IMG/VR virus record: IMGVR_UViG_3300038317_000315
Span: 1-54,019 of that record
Strand: one strand, 5' to 3'
Source of the DNA: a virus
Taxonomy: Duplodnaviria > Caudoviricetes
Length of the DNA stretch: 54,019 bases
Each line of letters opens with the position of its first letter. Position 1 is the first letter of the stretch. This document shows, piece after piece, positions 28,912 through 37,742 of the stretch. The notes under the pieces were generated by a model, which searched no databases, had not been told where the DNA came from, and worked only from the letters and a program-made list of their open reading frames with translations. Both the position numbers and the translations under genes were made by a program.

Positions 28912-29700
28912 ATGTCAAGTAATCCAATTCAAAACGCTATCAGCGTTTTCGCCTATCAAGGCAACGCAATCACTTTTGAAGTGAACGGAAATGTAATGGT
29001 TAGTGCCACACATATGGCAAGATCATTTGGTAAAAAGCCAATAGACTGGCTTAAACACCAACAATCCAATGAGTTTATTAATGAATTATCCAAAGTGAGA
29101 AATATCACTTTGGCTGACTTAGTGCAAGTTAGACGTGGGGGTGCTAATCCCGGCACATGGTTTCATCAAGATGTTGCCCTCGAATTTGCACGTTGGTTAT
29201 CCCCTACCTTTGCTATTTGGTGCAACGACCGTATTAAAGAGTTGCTAACGCAGGGGGTAGCTACTATCTCAAATGATGATGATGTGATAGCTAACGCCAT
29301 GCTTATACTTCAAAAGCGTTTAGATTCAAGCAAACAGCAGGTGCAAGTACTTGAAAGTACCGTAGAACAACAGCACTCCGAAATCAAAGTATTAGCACCA
29401 AAAGCGGAATATACCGATGAGGTATTGCAATCCACCAGCACCTTTACCACAACTCAGATAGCCAAAGATTTGGGTATGAGTGCTATTACGCTTAACAAGA
29501 AACTCAAAGATGCGGGTATACAGTTCTACCAGTCGGGGCAATGGATGCTTTATTCAAAGTACCAAGACAAAGGATTCACAGATGTACGTGTTTTGCGTTT
29601 TGTGCGCTATGATGAGAGCATAGGAACAAACCAAAGCATGGTTTGGACTGAAAAAGGCAGAATGTTCATTCACGGTTTGATGAAAGGGGGCAGGATATGA
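28912..29700 (+). CDS. Phage antirepressor, KilA-N + ANT/KilAC domains
   Basis: VSATHMARSFGKKPIDWL...GTWFHQDVALEFARWLSP; TTTQIAKDLGMSAITLNKKL...WTEKGRMFI. Confidence 0.92.
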   Translation: MSSNPIQNAISVFAYQGNAITFEVNGNVMVSATHMARSFGKKPIDWLKHQQSNEFINELSKVRNITLADLVQVRRGGANPGTWFHQDVALEFARWLSPTFAIWCNDRIKELLTQGVATISNDDDVIANAMLILQKRLDSSKQQVQVLESTVEQQHSEIKVLAPKAEYTDEVLQSTSTFTTTQIAKDLGMSAITLNKKLKDAGIQFYQSGQWMLYSKYQDKGFTDVRVLRFVRYDESIGTNQSMVWTEKGRMFIHGLMKGGRI

Positions 29701-29909
29701 AAACAACCACGCAAATACAAGTATCAGAAGCGTTGCAAAAAACAGCATTGGCTTTCCGTGCAATGGAACAGATAAGTAAACTACCTGAATTTGAGGATAT
29801 ATTTACAGAGAGCTTTATTCAGCACTCAGATAGACTATATGAAGCAACTTTATTTCTCGGTAGAGTAGTGGGGCATGTGAAAGTATGCGAGGTGTTGAAT
29901 GACGAATAG
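29697..29909 (+). CDS. Hypothetical protein coupled to the antirepressor
   Basis: ATGA overlap. Confidence 0.65.
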   Translation: MKTTTQIQVSEALQKTALAFRAMEQISKLPEFEDIFTESFIQHSDRLYEATLFLGRVVGHVKVCEVLNDE

Positions 29910-29932
29910 CAAGCGACATGTTTTAGGCAAAG

Positions 29933-29959
29933 GAGGACTACTATTAGTCCTCTTTTTTT
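29933..29959 (+). terminator. Intrinsic terminator ending the + strand island
   Basis: GAGGACTA-ctat-TAGTCCTC-TTTTTTT at the convergence point. Confidence 0.75.
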
Positions 29960-30141
29960 ATCTTGAATCTTATGTTTGCTTTGTTCAAAGTATCTTTCAA
30001 ATAAGGTAGATCACAATCATTGTTTATGAACCATCTTGAAATGGTGCTATGATCTTGCTCTAATGCTTCTTGCAAGTACTCATTATTATCAAATATTTTC
30101 TGAAACTTTAAACAACCGGGTAATGGGATATGTAATATCAT
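29944..30141 (-). CDS. Hypothetical protein
   Basis: Coupled to the upstream gene. Confidence 0.5.
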   Translation of the reverse strand: MILHIPLPGCLKFQKIFDNNEYLQEALEQDHSTISRWFINNDCDLPYLKDTLNKANIRFKIKKED

Positions 30142-30539
30142 AATTTTATATAGTCAAAAAAGTTAAATAAATTTCTGTTTTTCAAGTACTCAAAATTAGT
30201 ATCATTTGAATAAGCTTCATTTTCAAAACAGATAGATCTGTAAGCCTCGTGTTTACCCTTACCCATCATTAATTGAATAACCCACTCTATGACATACCAT
30301 ATATAGTAGCTGAATAATGAAAATAAGGCTCCAATGAACCACTTTCCACCAAAATGCAAGTAAACGGATAGAGGCAACATAGAAAGTGCTATAACTTCAA
30401 TTATTTGCCTTGAATGGATCCTTTCATGGTTCAAAGTGCGATCTGTTATCTTTGCATTACCCCTTACAAAGAGAATTCCCATGAAATTAAGTGCTTTGAA
30501 TCCGGGAAATGGAATAAACTTGTTCCTAATTATTATCAT
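30138..30539 (-). CDS. Phage membrane protein with HExxH motif
   Basis: LNHERIHSRQ...YRSICFENEAY. Confidence 0.7.
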   Translation of the reverse strand: MIIIRNKFIPFPGFKALNFMGILFVRGNAKITDRTLNHERIHSRQIIEVIALSMLPLSVYLHFGGKWFIGALFSLFSYYIWYVIEWVIQLMMGKGKHEAYRSICFENEAYSNDTNFEYLKNRNLFNFFDYIKL

Positions 30540-30545
30540 AATCGT

Positions 30546-31676
30546 TTATGGATTAAGAATGTTTTTAATTGCTTCTTTATTGTCACGTATGAAATATGGT
30601 AATGAGGTGGATTTGTTCATGCGTTCTTGATTGTTGCGGATCCAATGTTTGAAGTCAGAGGAAAAATCATCAACTGCATTCTTGCTGTTCGTGATCTGCT
30701 TATCTTCTCCGGTTAATATCCGCTCGATCTGATCCTCTATTTCGTCTTTTGATGCCATTATTGGTATCATGTTACATCTACAGTTAGGGTGCCAACCACT
30801 CCATTTAAAAGTTTTGGGATATTTGCCTTTTAAACCCTCACACACATCACATGGATATGGATTGTTTGACCGTCTAATTTCATAACCTACTATAAAGTCA
30901 AGTTGCGACCATCTGTCCAAATCAGCCTCTCTATATGCAATATTCGTTTGTGTTCTTGCAAGCCGTTGAGCATTTCGTGCTGAGGACCTATAAACACCCT
31001 GTCCGGGATTATACTTTTTTGGATTATCGTTAACCCATTTGTACTCCTTTGTTTCTTTGTCAAATACACGTCTTTTCCATTGTCTACCATATTTAGGTGT
31101 ACCATCAGGATTTTCACCAACCTTAACTCTGAAACGTCTGTAAAAACGATCCGGATCATTCAAGTATTTTTGAATCTGGGATCCCATCCTATTAGCACTT
31201 GTACCCTCACCAATTGCCAACTCCAACGCTGCCTCTAATTCCTCTTTGTATGATGATGTGTATTTCCACACTCTCTGAGATAGGTTTAAGCCTCCTTTGG
31301 CTGATTTACGTGCAAACATCTGATCCAGTGCCTCTGAATTTCGTTTGAAATACTTTGCATAGTGGTTATCTTCAATTGCTTTTGCGCCAAATACGCTTTT
31401 GATCAGATCATCATTATGTTTATGAGCTAAATTAAACTCTTTTTCCATGTTGGTTTTGATGAACTGATAGAGTGCACTGTACATTTCTCTGAATAGTTTT
31501 GTAGCCTCATCACCCAAATCATAGGCACTAAATGAGAATGGCACACCCTCTATAAGCTTCACACCCTTAACAAGTGCGATGGCTTTCATCATATAACGTC
31601 TGTAGATCTCACCTACAGATGCTGCGTATATTTCTGTCCGGGTGAACAGTTGTTTTTTTAATTTTTCGGTGTCCAT
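30546..31676 (-). CDS. Head morphogenesis protein (MuF/SPP1 gp7-like)
   Basis: LSQRVW, RLARTQTNIAY, CDVC...WHPNCRC. Confidence 0.88.
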   Translation of the reverse strand: MDTEKLKKQLFTRTEIYAASVGEIYRRYMMKAIALVKGVKLIEGVPFSFSAYDLGDEATKLFREMYSALYQFIKTNMEKEFNLAHKHNDDLIKSVFGAKAIEDNHYAKYFKRNSEALDQMFARKSAKGGLNLSQRVWKYTSSYKEELEAALELAIGEGTSANRMGSQIQKYLNDPDRFYRRFRVKVGENPDGTPKYGRQWKRRVFDKETKEYKWVNDNPKKYNPGQGVYRSSARNAQRLARTQTNIAYREADLDRWSQLDFIVGYEIRRSNNPYPCDVCEGLKGKYPKTFKWSGWHPNCRCNMIPIMASKDEIEDQIERILTGEDKQITNSKNAVDDFSSDFKHWIRNNQERMNKSTSLPYFIRDNKEAIKNILNP

Positions 31677-31969
31677 TATTCAGTAAATTCAGGTAATTCA
31701 ACTGTAGTATTTTTCAGATCATGTGTACAATCTCCTAAATATTGGATCATGCCATCTTTGATGAAACTGTGACAAGTGCCATAGATAGGCTTTTCATTAT
31801 TGAAACCTAAAAACCCTATTTGTGAAAATGATGGTGAAATTGTAGGCTTATCATAATCATGATTAAAACTCCAACTATCATTGAATGCATGCTTACAATT
31901 ACAACCCGGACAAATGAACTTATACAGTTTTTCTCCATTGCTGTTTTTCGATTCCTTAATCTTTGTCAT
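31676..31969 (-). CDS. DUF6527-like Zn-binding protein
   Basis: CPGCNCKH...WSFN...PTISPS...CHSFIKDGMIQYLGDCTH. Confidence 0.75.
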   Translation of the reverse strand: MTKIKESKNSNGEKLYKFICPGCNCKHAFNDSWSFNHDYDKPTISPSFSQIGFLGFNNEKPIYGTCHSFIKDGMIQYLGDCTHDLKNTTVELPEFTE

Positions 31970-31974
31970 AACTG

Positions 31975-32145
31975 CTATCTTTTCAGTTTAAAATACTCAC
32001 ACTGCCTTGGATAAGTACCCATTTTAGCATTATTGGGATTTGCTTGTTTATTTAAGCAACCAACCAAAAAATTAACCACTTCACCAATTGCGAACTTACA
32101 ATCTGAGCATCTTATAATTGGTAGATCATTTGTTTTCTTTGCCAT
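31975..32145 (-). CDS. Small Cys-rich protein (56 aa, not in the ORF track)
   Basis: MAKKTNDLPIIRCSDCKFA...GCLNK...RQCEYFKLKR; fills an operon gap. Confidence 0.55.
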   Translation of the reverse strand: MAKKTNDLPIIRCSDCKFAIGEVVNFLVGCLNKQANPNNAKMGTYPRQCEYFKLKR

Positions 32146-32299
32146 AATCAGTTTAATATCGTTGCGAAAAAGTCAATGCAGATAGAACCCTTTTTTATGT
32201 AAGGGTGTCCAGTGACCCATATTTTATAATAATCACAATAAAGCTGATAAGTCAACTTCCGATCTGTAGTTATTAATTCATTTTTTACCATAATATCAA

Positions 32300-33730
32300 T
32301 TATTCGGCTCTCGGACTGAACATTTCCATTGTGTTTAACTCCCTTTGCCTTTCCATTGCTTTAGTCTGATCCTCCTGCAAGCGTTCTAATTCAAGTTGAA
32401 CGTTCTTTACTAAATAGGACTTTTCTAACAGTGTTTCCTGAGACAATGCTCCAGCTTCATATTGTGCCAAAAGATCATTAAGAACTGCTGATACATCTTC
32501 ACCGAAAGGCTCCTGAAATTCATGAGTTACAACTAATGCCTCATATTTTGATTTGTTCTTGTAGTCTAAAACATTGCCTAAAATAGCTTTGAGTAGATTT
32601 GATGCCCTTGACATATAACCATCATGTGTTTCTTTCCTTTTTTCAGCTTTGATAACTGCTAACATCATCATTTGCTTTAATGCTTTCCCTGAAATATTTG
32701 ATAGGGATTTCATATTGTCAAAATCAATGTTAGGTGTGAAAGATTTTGAAAGGATGTGTTTGTCCAGTCTCTCATACTCATCATTCTTTGATTGTGAGGC
32801 TTCATTCCATGTAAGGTATTTGATCTCTCCACCATCTTTTAGAATGTACAATTTAGCCTCCTCCTCTTGTTTTGGCAGGCTGTTTAATACCTCAGTGGTT
32901 GCGACCATTGCCGGGTTTGCAAAACGATCATTCACATCAGCATCAACACTTGTTTTGGTTTCAACCCTTTCAATCATGGGCTGAACGTTTTTGTGTTCGG
33001 GTTCCTGTTCAAAAATAAGTGCCGGTATCTTACCTATCAGGTTGACTTTCTTTTCTACATCCCACCCTACAGAACCACGTTTACACTCATAAATAGAGTT
33101 TGCTGTATAAATATCGACATGATACACTGATTTGCCTCCGGCTTCTGAGAGATAATAACCCCATGCAAAGGCTTTCAGTCTTTTGTACTGATCCTTTAAA
33201 ACATAGATCTCATCATTATTTGACTTGGAAAGAACATTTAAAAGTAGTTTTGGCTGATTCTTTTCATCTTTGTAAACATGATAAAGAATTGCTGAGGATC
33301 CCTCGGCACCGGCTAACCTTTTGGCTTCCCTGACTGCTGAATCAAATCGTACTTCTGTCAACGTTTCTTTGAACTTCTGATATGCCTCATCTGTGTCCTC
33401 AGATTCCTGAGACCACTTAACAGGTCTACCATAAAGAAATACAAGTGCGATCTCATTTATAAATTCCTGATATGGAATAGGGATCTTCCATTTCTTTTGT
33501 AACCTCAGATAATTACCGTTTTTGTCATAAATCGGCTTATCCTTTCTTTCAGTGACTACCTTATGAGTGTTGACATTGTACTCCTTAAGGTATTCGGCTG
33601 CTTTAACAGAATGATCATGCATTATATTTAATGCACGGCTCACGTCCTCATTTTCTAACAAAGTAGCAAAGTCCTGTTGAACCCCTGAGGCTGCCTTTAT
33701 ATTGTTCGTAATTACAGTTAATAAACCCAT
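32300..33730 (-). CDS. Portal protein (SPP1 gp6-like)
   Basis: 476 aa after the terminase; FLYGRPV, SNISGKALK, LSQETLLE patterns. Confidence 0.88.
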   Translation of the reverse strand: MGLLTVITNNIKAASGVQQDFATLLENEDVSRALNIMHDHSVKAAEYLKEYNVNTHKVVTERKDKPIYDKNGNYLRLQKKWKIPIPYQEFINEIALVFLYGRPVKWSQESEDTDEAYQKFKETLTEVRFDSAVREAKRLAGAEGSSAILYHVYKDEKNQPKLLLNVLSKSNNDEIYVLKDQYKRLKAFAWGYYLSEAGGKSVYHVDIYTANSIYECKRGSVGWDVEKKVNLIGKIPALIFEQEPEHKNVQPMIERVETKTSVDADVNDRFANPAMVATTEVLNSLPKQEEEAKLYILKDGGEIKYLTWNEASQSKNDEYERLDKHILSKSFTPNIDFDNMKSLSNISGKALKQMMMLAVIKAEKRKETHDGYMSRASNLLKAILGNVLDYKNKSKYEALVVTHEFQEPFGEDVSAVLNDLLAQYEAGALSQETLLEKSYLVKNVQLELERLQEDQTKAMERQRELNTMEMFSPRAE

Positions 33731-33741
33731 AGCTATAATTT

Positions 33742-35205
33742 TTAAAGATATTCTATTCCTAAAATCTGTTCTATATTGTCCGGTATCACAACCTCATCAT
33801 TGATCAGGTAATCAATAGCGTAATTTGTGAGATCCACGTACTCATCATGTGCAATTGCCGGGAATTGTGTTACTTGGTGTAAATACTCAGCGTTCCAGTC
33901 GCCCTCAACTAAAAACACACGTCCACATTCAATTTTTGCACTGTTAGCGTTTGCCCTTACCTCTTTGCTTTCAGTCGGTGATGGCGTTTCTGTTATATTG
34001 AGATCTGTTTCCTTTTTTAGTTGTTGAACTACTGATTTGCCGTTTGCTTTTGGCTCAATACGAACAGTACTTGCTTTTGTGTAACCTTTTGCTTTCACGT
34101 AATCAGGTAAAAATTTTATCAGATCCGGGAACTGCTTATATACACTTTTTGCATCAGTGATATACATATTATTGCCTATCCTACATGCTGCTAACACTCC
34201 GGATGGGTCATTACCTGTTTTCTTTTCATCATAAGCGGTATCAACAAAAAAATGTATGTGAATATCCCGGTGCTTTATACCTAAAAACTGAGCCTGAGTG
34301 ACAACCTGAAACCATTCTTTGTGCCAAATATTACCCCCATCAATAGATGGATGTTGTTGATAAAGGGCTGCAAAAGTGCGAGGTGAACGCTTCTCCATCT
34401 CACGCAACCTCTGTAATGAGTGTTTGGATCCCCACAAAGGCTCACCAATTTCCCTTGGATCATCTTTATTGGTGTTATCCTCTTTAATTGCGGGCAAATA
34501 AAGTACCTCCCAACCACTCTCAGCCTTTAAGATCCTCCCGGCTAAATCATCATCATGCCATCTGGTCATAATGAGTAGGATCTTTGAGTTGTTGTGCAAA
34601 CGTGTTAACAGAACGTCTGTGTACCAATCCCAAACCCTATTCCTGTAGGTCTCTGAATAGGCTTCAATCTTATCTTTTACCGGATCATCAATAATAGCAA
34701 GATCTACAGGTGTACCAGTTAACCCACCAGTAACACCCACTGCTTTATAAAATCCACCTTTCAAGGTATCGAAATAGTCAACATTACGAATTAATCCACC
34801 TCCACCACGTGCCGGAATAACTTTTTCACCGAATATATCTTCAAACTCATCTGAATCTAACGTTAATTGTACGGATCTTGAAAAGCCCCCCGCTAAATCA
34901 GATGAATAGGAGGCTCCGGCTATTTTTGTGCTTGGATTGCGACCTAAAACCCATGCCGGAAACTTCCGGGATGCGATCTCACTTTTACCATGTTGTGGAG
35001 GTACAAACAACATCATCTTTTGAATCTTACCCTCAAACAATTCTTGACACTTATTAGCTATTAAAGTATGGAACCACTGCCTCTCATAGCTTTGCATTGT
35101 AGCATTAAGGAAATAAGCTAAATTGTCTTTAGCTTTCATGTTCAACTGCTTTTTCTTCAATTCGAGTTGACGTCTTAACAGGTATGATCTGTTTTCAATT
35201 TCCAT
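33742..35205 (-). CDS. terL: Terminase large subunit
   Basis: Walker A PPQHGKS, Walker B IIDDPVK, IMTRWHDDDLAG, FPAIAHDEYVD nuclease motif. Confidence 0.95.
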   Translation of the reverse strand: MEIENRSYLLRRQLELKKKQLNMKAKDNLAYFLNATMQSYERQWFHTLIANKCQELFEGKIQKMMLFVPPQHGKSEIASRKFPAWVLGRNPSTKIAGASYSSDLAGGFSRSVQLTLDSDEFEDIFGEKVIPARGGGGLIRNVDYFDTLKGGFYKAVGVTGGLTGTPVDLAIIDDPVKDKIEAYSETYRNRVWDWYTDVLLTRLHNNSKILLIMTRWHDDDLAGRILKAESGWEVLYLPAIKEDNTNKDDPREIGEPLWGSKHSLQRLREMEKRSPRTFAALYQQHPSIDGGNIWHKEWFQVVTQAQFLGIKHRDIHIHFFVDTAYDEKKTGNDPSGVLAACRIGNNMYITDAKSVYKQFPDLIKFLPDYVKAKGYTKASTVRIEPKANGKSVVQQLKKETDLNITETPSPTESKEVRANANSAKIECGRVFLVEGDWNAEYLHQVTQFPAIAHDEYVDLTNYAIDYLINDEVVIPDNIEQILGIEYL

Positions 35206-35207
35206 TA

Positions 35208-35660
35208 TTACTTTTTCAATGCTTTGTCAATACGTTTTATTTCAGCTTCAATTTCCTCATCTGTTAGGTGTGCCGTTTTGGAATCAATTGTTCCAACTAC
35301 CGTTTCAACCGGTTGCATGGCTTTTCCAAATAACCTATCTAATAAAGATTCAACATTCCTGAGATTCTTTTCTTCAATGTCTCCGGCTATTGCACTTGCA
35401 ACTGCAACCACTGCCATAGGTGCCTGATCATTTTTAGCTAATTCTATCAACTCTGTTTTATTCATTGTCAACAGGAATAATGATATTTTCCTAAAATCCT
35501 CAAGGCTCATTGTTTCACCAACACCCTCTAAATCAGATATTAATTGTTTAAATCGTGATGGTTTGCGACCCGGATTTTTGGGCTGACGTGTTGATGAGAA
35601 AGTAGTCTTCGGTTTACTTCCCTTTACAAATCTGCCTTTTGAATCTCTTTTTACTGCCAT
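35208..35660 (-). CDS. Putative terminase small subunit
   Basis: Directly upstream of terL; NPGRKP and LLDRLFGKAMQ motifs. Confidence 0.7.
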   Translation of the reverse strand: MAVKRDSKGRFVKGSKPKTTFSSTRQPKNPGRKPSRFKQLISDLEGVGETMSLEDFRKISLFLLTMNKTELIELAKNDQAPMAVVAVASAIAGDIEEKNLRNVESLLDRLFGKAMQPVETVVGTIDSKTAHLTDEEIEAEIKRIDKALKK

Positions 35661-35706
35661 CGTTTCTCCATCGATTTATTAACATTTCAATACACTTACA
35701 CAAAAT

Positions 35707-35838
35707 TTAGAATGGAGTACCCATTTGAGGTGTCCATTGTCCGGAAAATCTTCTACTTGCTGCTGTCGATCCTCTTAGACGTGACCCACTACCTCCACCT
35801 GTACTACCTGATCTACCTGAACCGCTTTTCTTTGCCAT
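35707..35838 (-). CDS. 43-aa Gly/Ser/Arg-rich peptide (not in the ORF track)
   Basis: MAKKSGSGRSGSTGGGSGSRLRGSTAASRRFSGQWTPQMGTPF*; AT-rich leader. Confidence 0.6.
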   Translation of the reverse strand: MAKKSGSGRSGSTGGGSGSRLRGSTAASRRFSGQWTPQMGTPF

Positions 35839-35862
35839 AATATAGTGATATTTAAGATGTTG

Positions 35863-36567
35863 CTATTTTTTAATTTCTTTCCATAACGCCTCACCCCTGA
35901 GTGATTTGTTCCGTTTTATATCTTTATTGATAGTCTTATACCTTTCAATGATCCGGGAATGATAATCGAAATGAAAATCATACAGATCCGGATTCTCTTC
36001 AATTGTAAACTGTTCAATATTTGATGAACTTCTCAGGTTTGCGCTTCCATGCGTTACGATCTTTTTTCCACCCAGTGTTTCAAACATTGTTATCTTGGTA
36101 TGTGAACTTGCAGATGCGAGTTGAAACCTATCCTCTTTATCGAGGTTATCATAAATGTATGGAATGAGTGAAGCCCTTTCATGAGCATAGAAATAATCCG
36201 AAATGATAAGATTGAGTTGATCTACATAGTTTCCTTTCATAAGGTTAACAAGGCTGTCAACATTATTTTGATCGAGCGATAGGGTAGATATGGTTAACTG
36301 CAAACACTTGGCGTTATTGGATGTAATGAACGCTTCAATAAAATCTCCGAAAATGAAGTTCCCGGAAACAATCACATCATATCTGATTCCTTTGTAAATC
36401 TTGATTTTCTTTGCAAGTTTTAATGCATTGCTATATTTGAGTTTATGAGCCGGGATCTCTTTTGCTACTTTTGACTTCATATAGCGATTATCAAAACCAT
36501 TATCAGATATGGAAATATCAAAGTCCATATCCGGTATATCTAAATCAGAATTTAATTCCTCAATCAT
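35863..36567 (-). CDS. Phospholipase D-like (single HxK) nuclease-fold protein
   Basis: SHTKI...HGSANLRSSSNIEQ. Confidence 0.75.
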   Translation of the reverse strand: MIEELNSDLDIPDMDFDISISDNGFDNRYMKSKVAKEIPAHKLKYSNALKLAKKIKIYKGIRYDVIVSGNFIFGDFIEAFITSNNAKCLQLTISTLSLDQNNVDSLVNLMKGNYVDQLNLIISDYFYAHERASLIPYIYDNLDKEDRFQLASASSHTKITMFETLGGKKIVTHGSANLRSSSNIEQFTIEENPDLYDFHFDYHSRIIERYKTINKDIKRNKSLRGEALWKEIKK

Positions 36568-36584
36568 ATCTTTTATTCTTTACA

Positions 36585-36601
36585 TGTGTTTAATAAACAC
36601 G
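36585..36601. promoter_or_regulatory. Late-operon palindrome copy 4 (TGTGTTtaatAAACACG)
   Basis: Intergenic, upstream of the PLD-terminase-portal genes. Confidence 0.65.
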
Positions 36602-36654
36602 CTTTTAATGCACAAAAAATCAGACGTTTTTATTGCCTGATTTTATTTGTTAAT

Positions 36655-36885
36655 TTAATCGTTCTTTTGGGCTTCCTGATCTTGATATTTTTTCCAAAAC
36701 CACGCCAAAAGATCTACTCCCATTTCATCGTATGCATCCATTTCATCACAAAGTGTTTCTGCTTTGTCTATAACATCATTGAATGCAATCTGATCTTCCT
36801 CAGATGATGTAAACGGACTATACGTTCCGTTTAATTGTGATTGGATCAGTTCTTTCTGCCTTTCTGTTAGTTCGATCTTTCCCAT
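36655..36885 (-). CDS. Small acidic protein
   Basis: 76 aa, directly downstream of the HExxH protein. Confidence 0.65.
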   Translation of the reverse strand: MGKIELTERQKELIQSQLNGTYSPFTSSEEDQIAFNDVIDKAETLCDEMDAYDEMGVDLLAWFWKKYQDQEAQKND

Positions 36886-36916
36886 ATTTTCAATGTTTGA
36901 TGTTTATGCAAATGTA

Positions 36917-37540
36917 TTATAATTCATACTTTTTTACAATTGATTTAATTCTTCTTGTATATTTATCAGCTTTTCCATGTACGGCTTTTGTTGTAGCCTC
37001 AGCAAAGAATTCAGAAACGTTTGTTTTTGCGTATGATCCGTAACCGCTTTTCTTTTTATCCTTTGACCATGTTCTATACAAAGTTGATATTTCTTTCCCG
37101 GCTGCCTTTGCCTTTGGGCTTGTCATGTGCTGATTCCACGTTGCATGAGATAACTCATGCGTTACAATATGCGAAATAGGTTTGTTGGTTTTTGTCAGGT
37201 GTCCTGATTTGTAACCAGTTTGCGCCCATGATGCGATCTGTTTCTTATCTGTATTAAAAAGGCTTTTATTTAATATAACAACTTTTGATGAGCCTCCCTG
37301 TGATACATGAACGCCTCCAACGCCACTTGGTAAATCTCCTATCTTAATTTCTCTTTGTCTTACACCCATAACAGAATGGTACCGGGATATGCTTTGTTTT
37401 ACCGACTTATAAACCTGAGGATCTTGAATCTTTACAAGTGATTCAAGTTTGCCCACGCTCCCTTTATAATTAGCATCTCCACCTTTTAACCCACCTGTTG
37501 ATGGAGGTCTGTTGCTATTGCTGCCTGATGTTTTTGCCAT
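36917..37540 (-). CDS. Basic zincin-like metallopeptidase-domain protein
   Basis: VTHELSHA...YAKTNVSEFFAEA. Confidence 0.75.
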   Translation of the reverse strand: MAKTSGSNSNRPPSTGGLKGGDANYKGSVGKLESLVKIQDPQVYKSVKQSISRYHSVMGVRQREIKIGDLPSGVGGVHVSQGGSSKVVILNKSLFNTDKKQIASWAQTGYKSGHLTKTNKPISHIVTHELSHATWNQHMTSPKAKAAGKEISTLYRTWSKDKKKSGYGSYAKTNVSEFFAEATTKAVHGKADKYTRRIKSIVKKYEL

Positions 37541-37742
37541 AATCGTTAATCTTCTTTACGAAAAAAACTTATTTGCTCTTTTATCAAGTAAATCCTTTAT
37601 TTTATAATGAAAAACCACTTCGAGGTATTCTGCAAATTCATTAGCATCTTTTTCAGTTATATGATTTTTGCTAAGATCTCTCATGATCTTGAACATTACA
37701 TAGTAGCATACAATCTTTATGTAGAAACACAATTTTTTCATA

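Noticed and set aside
23550-29155. 16-bp exact repeat GGTGCTAATCCCGGCA at 23550-23565 and 29140-29155
   Set aside because: A single 16-mer match is near chance expectation in 54 kb; both copies appear to be in coding sequence and the match does not extend
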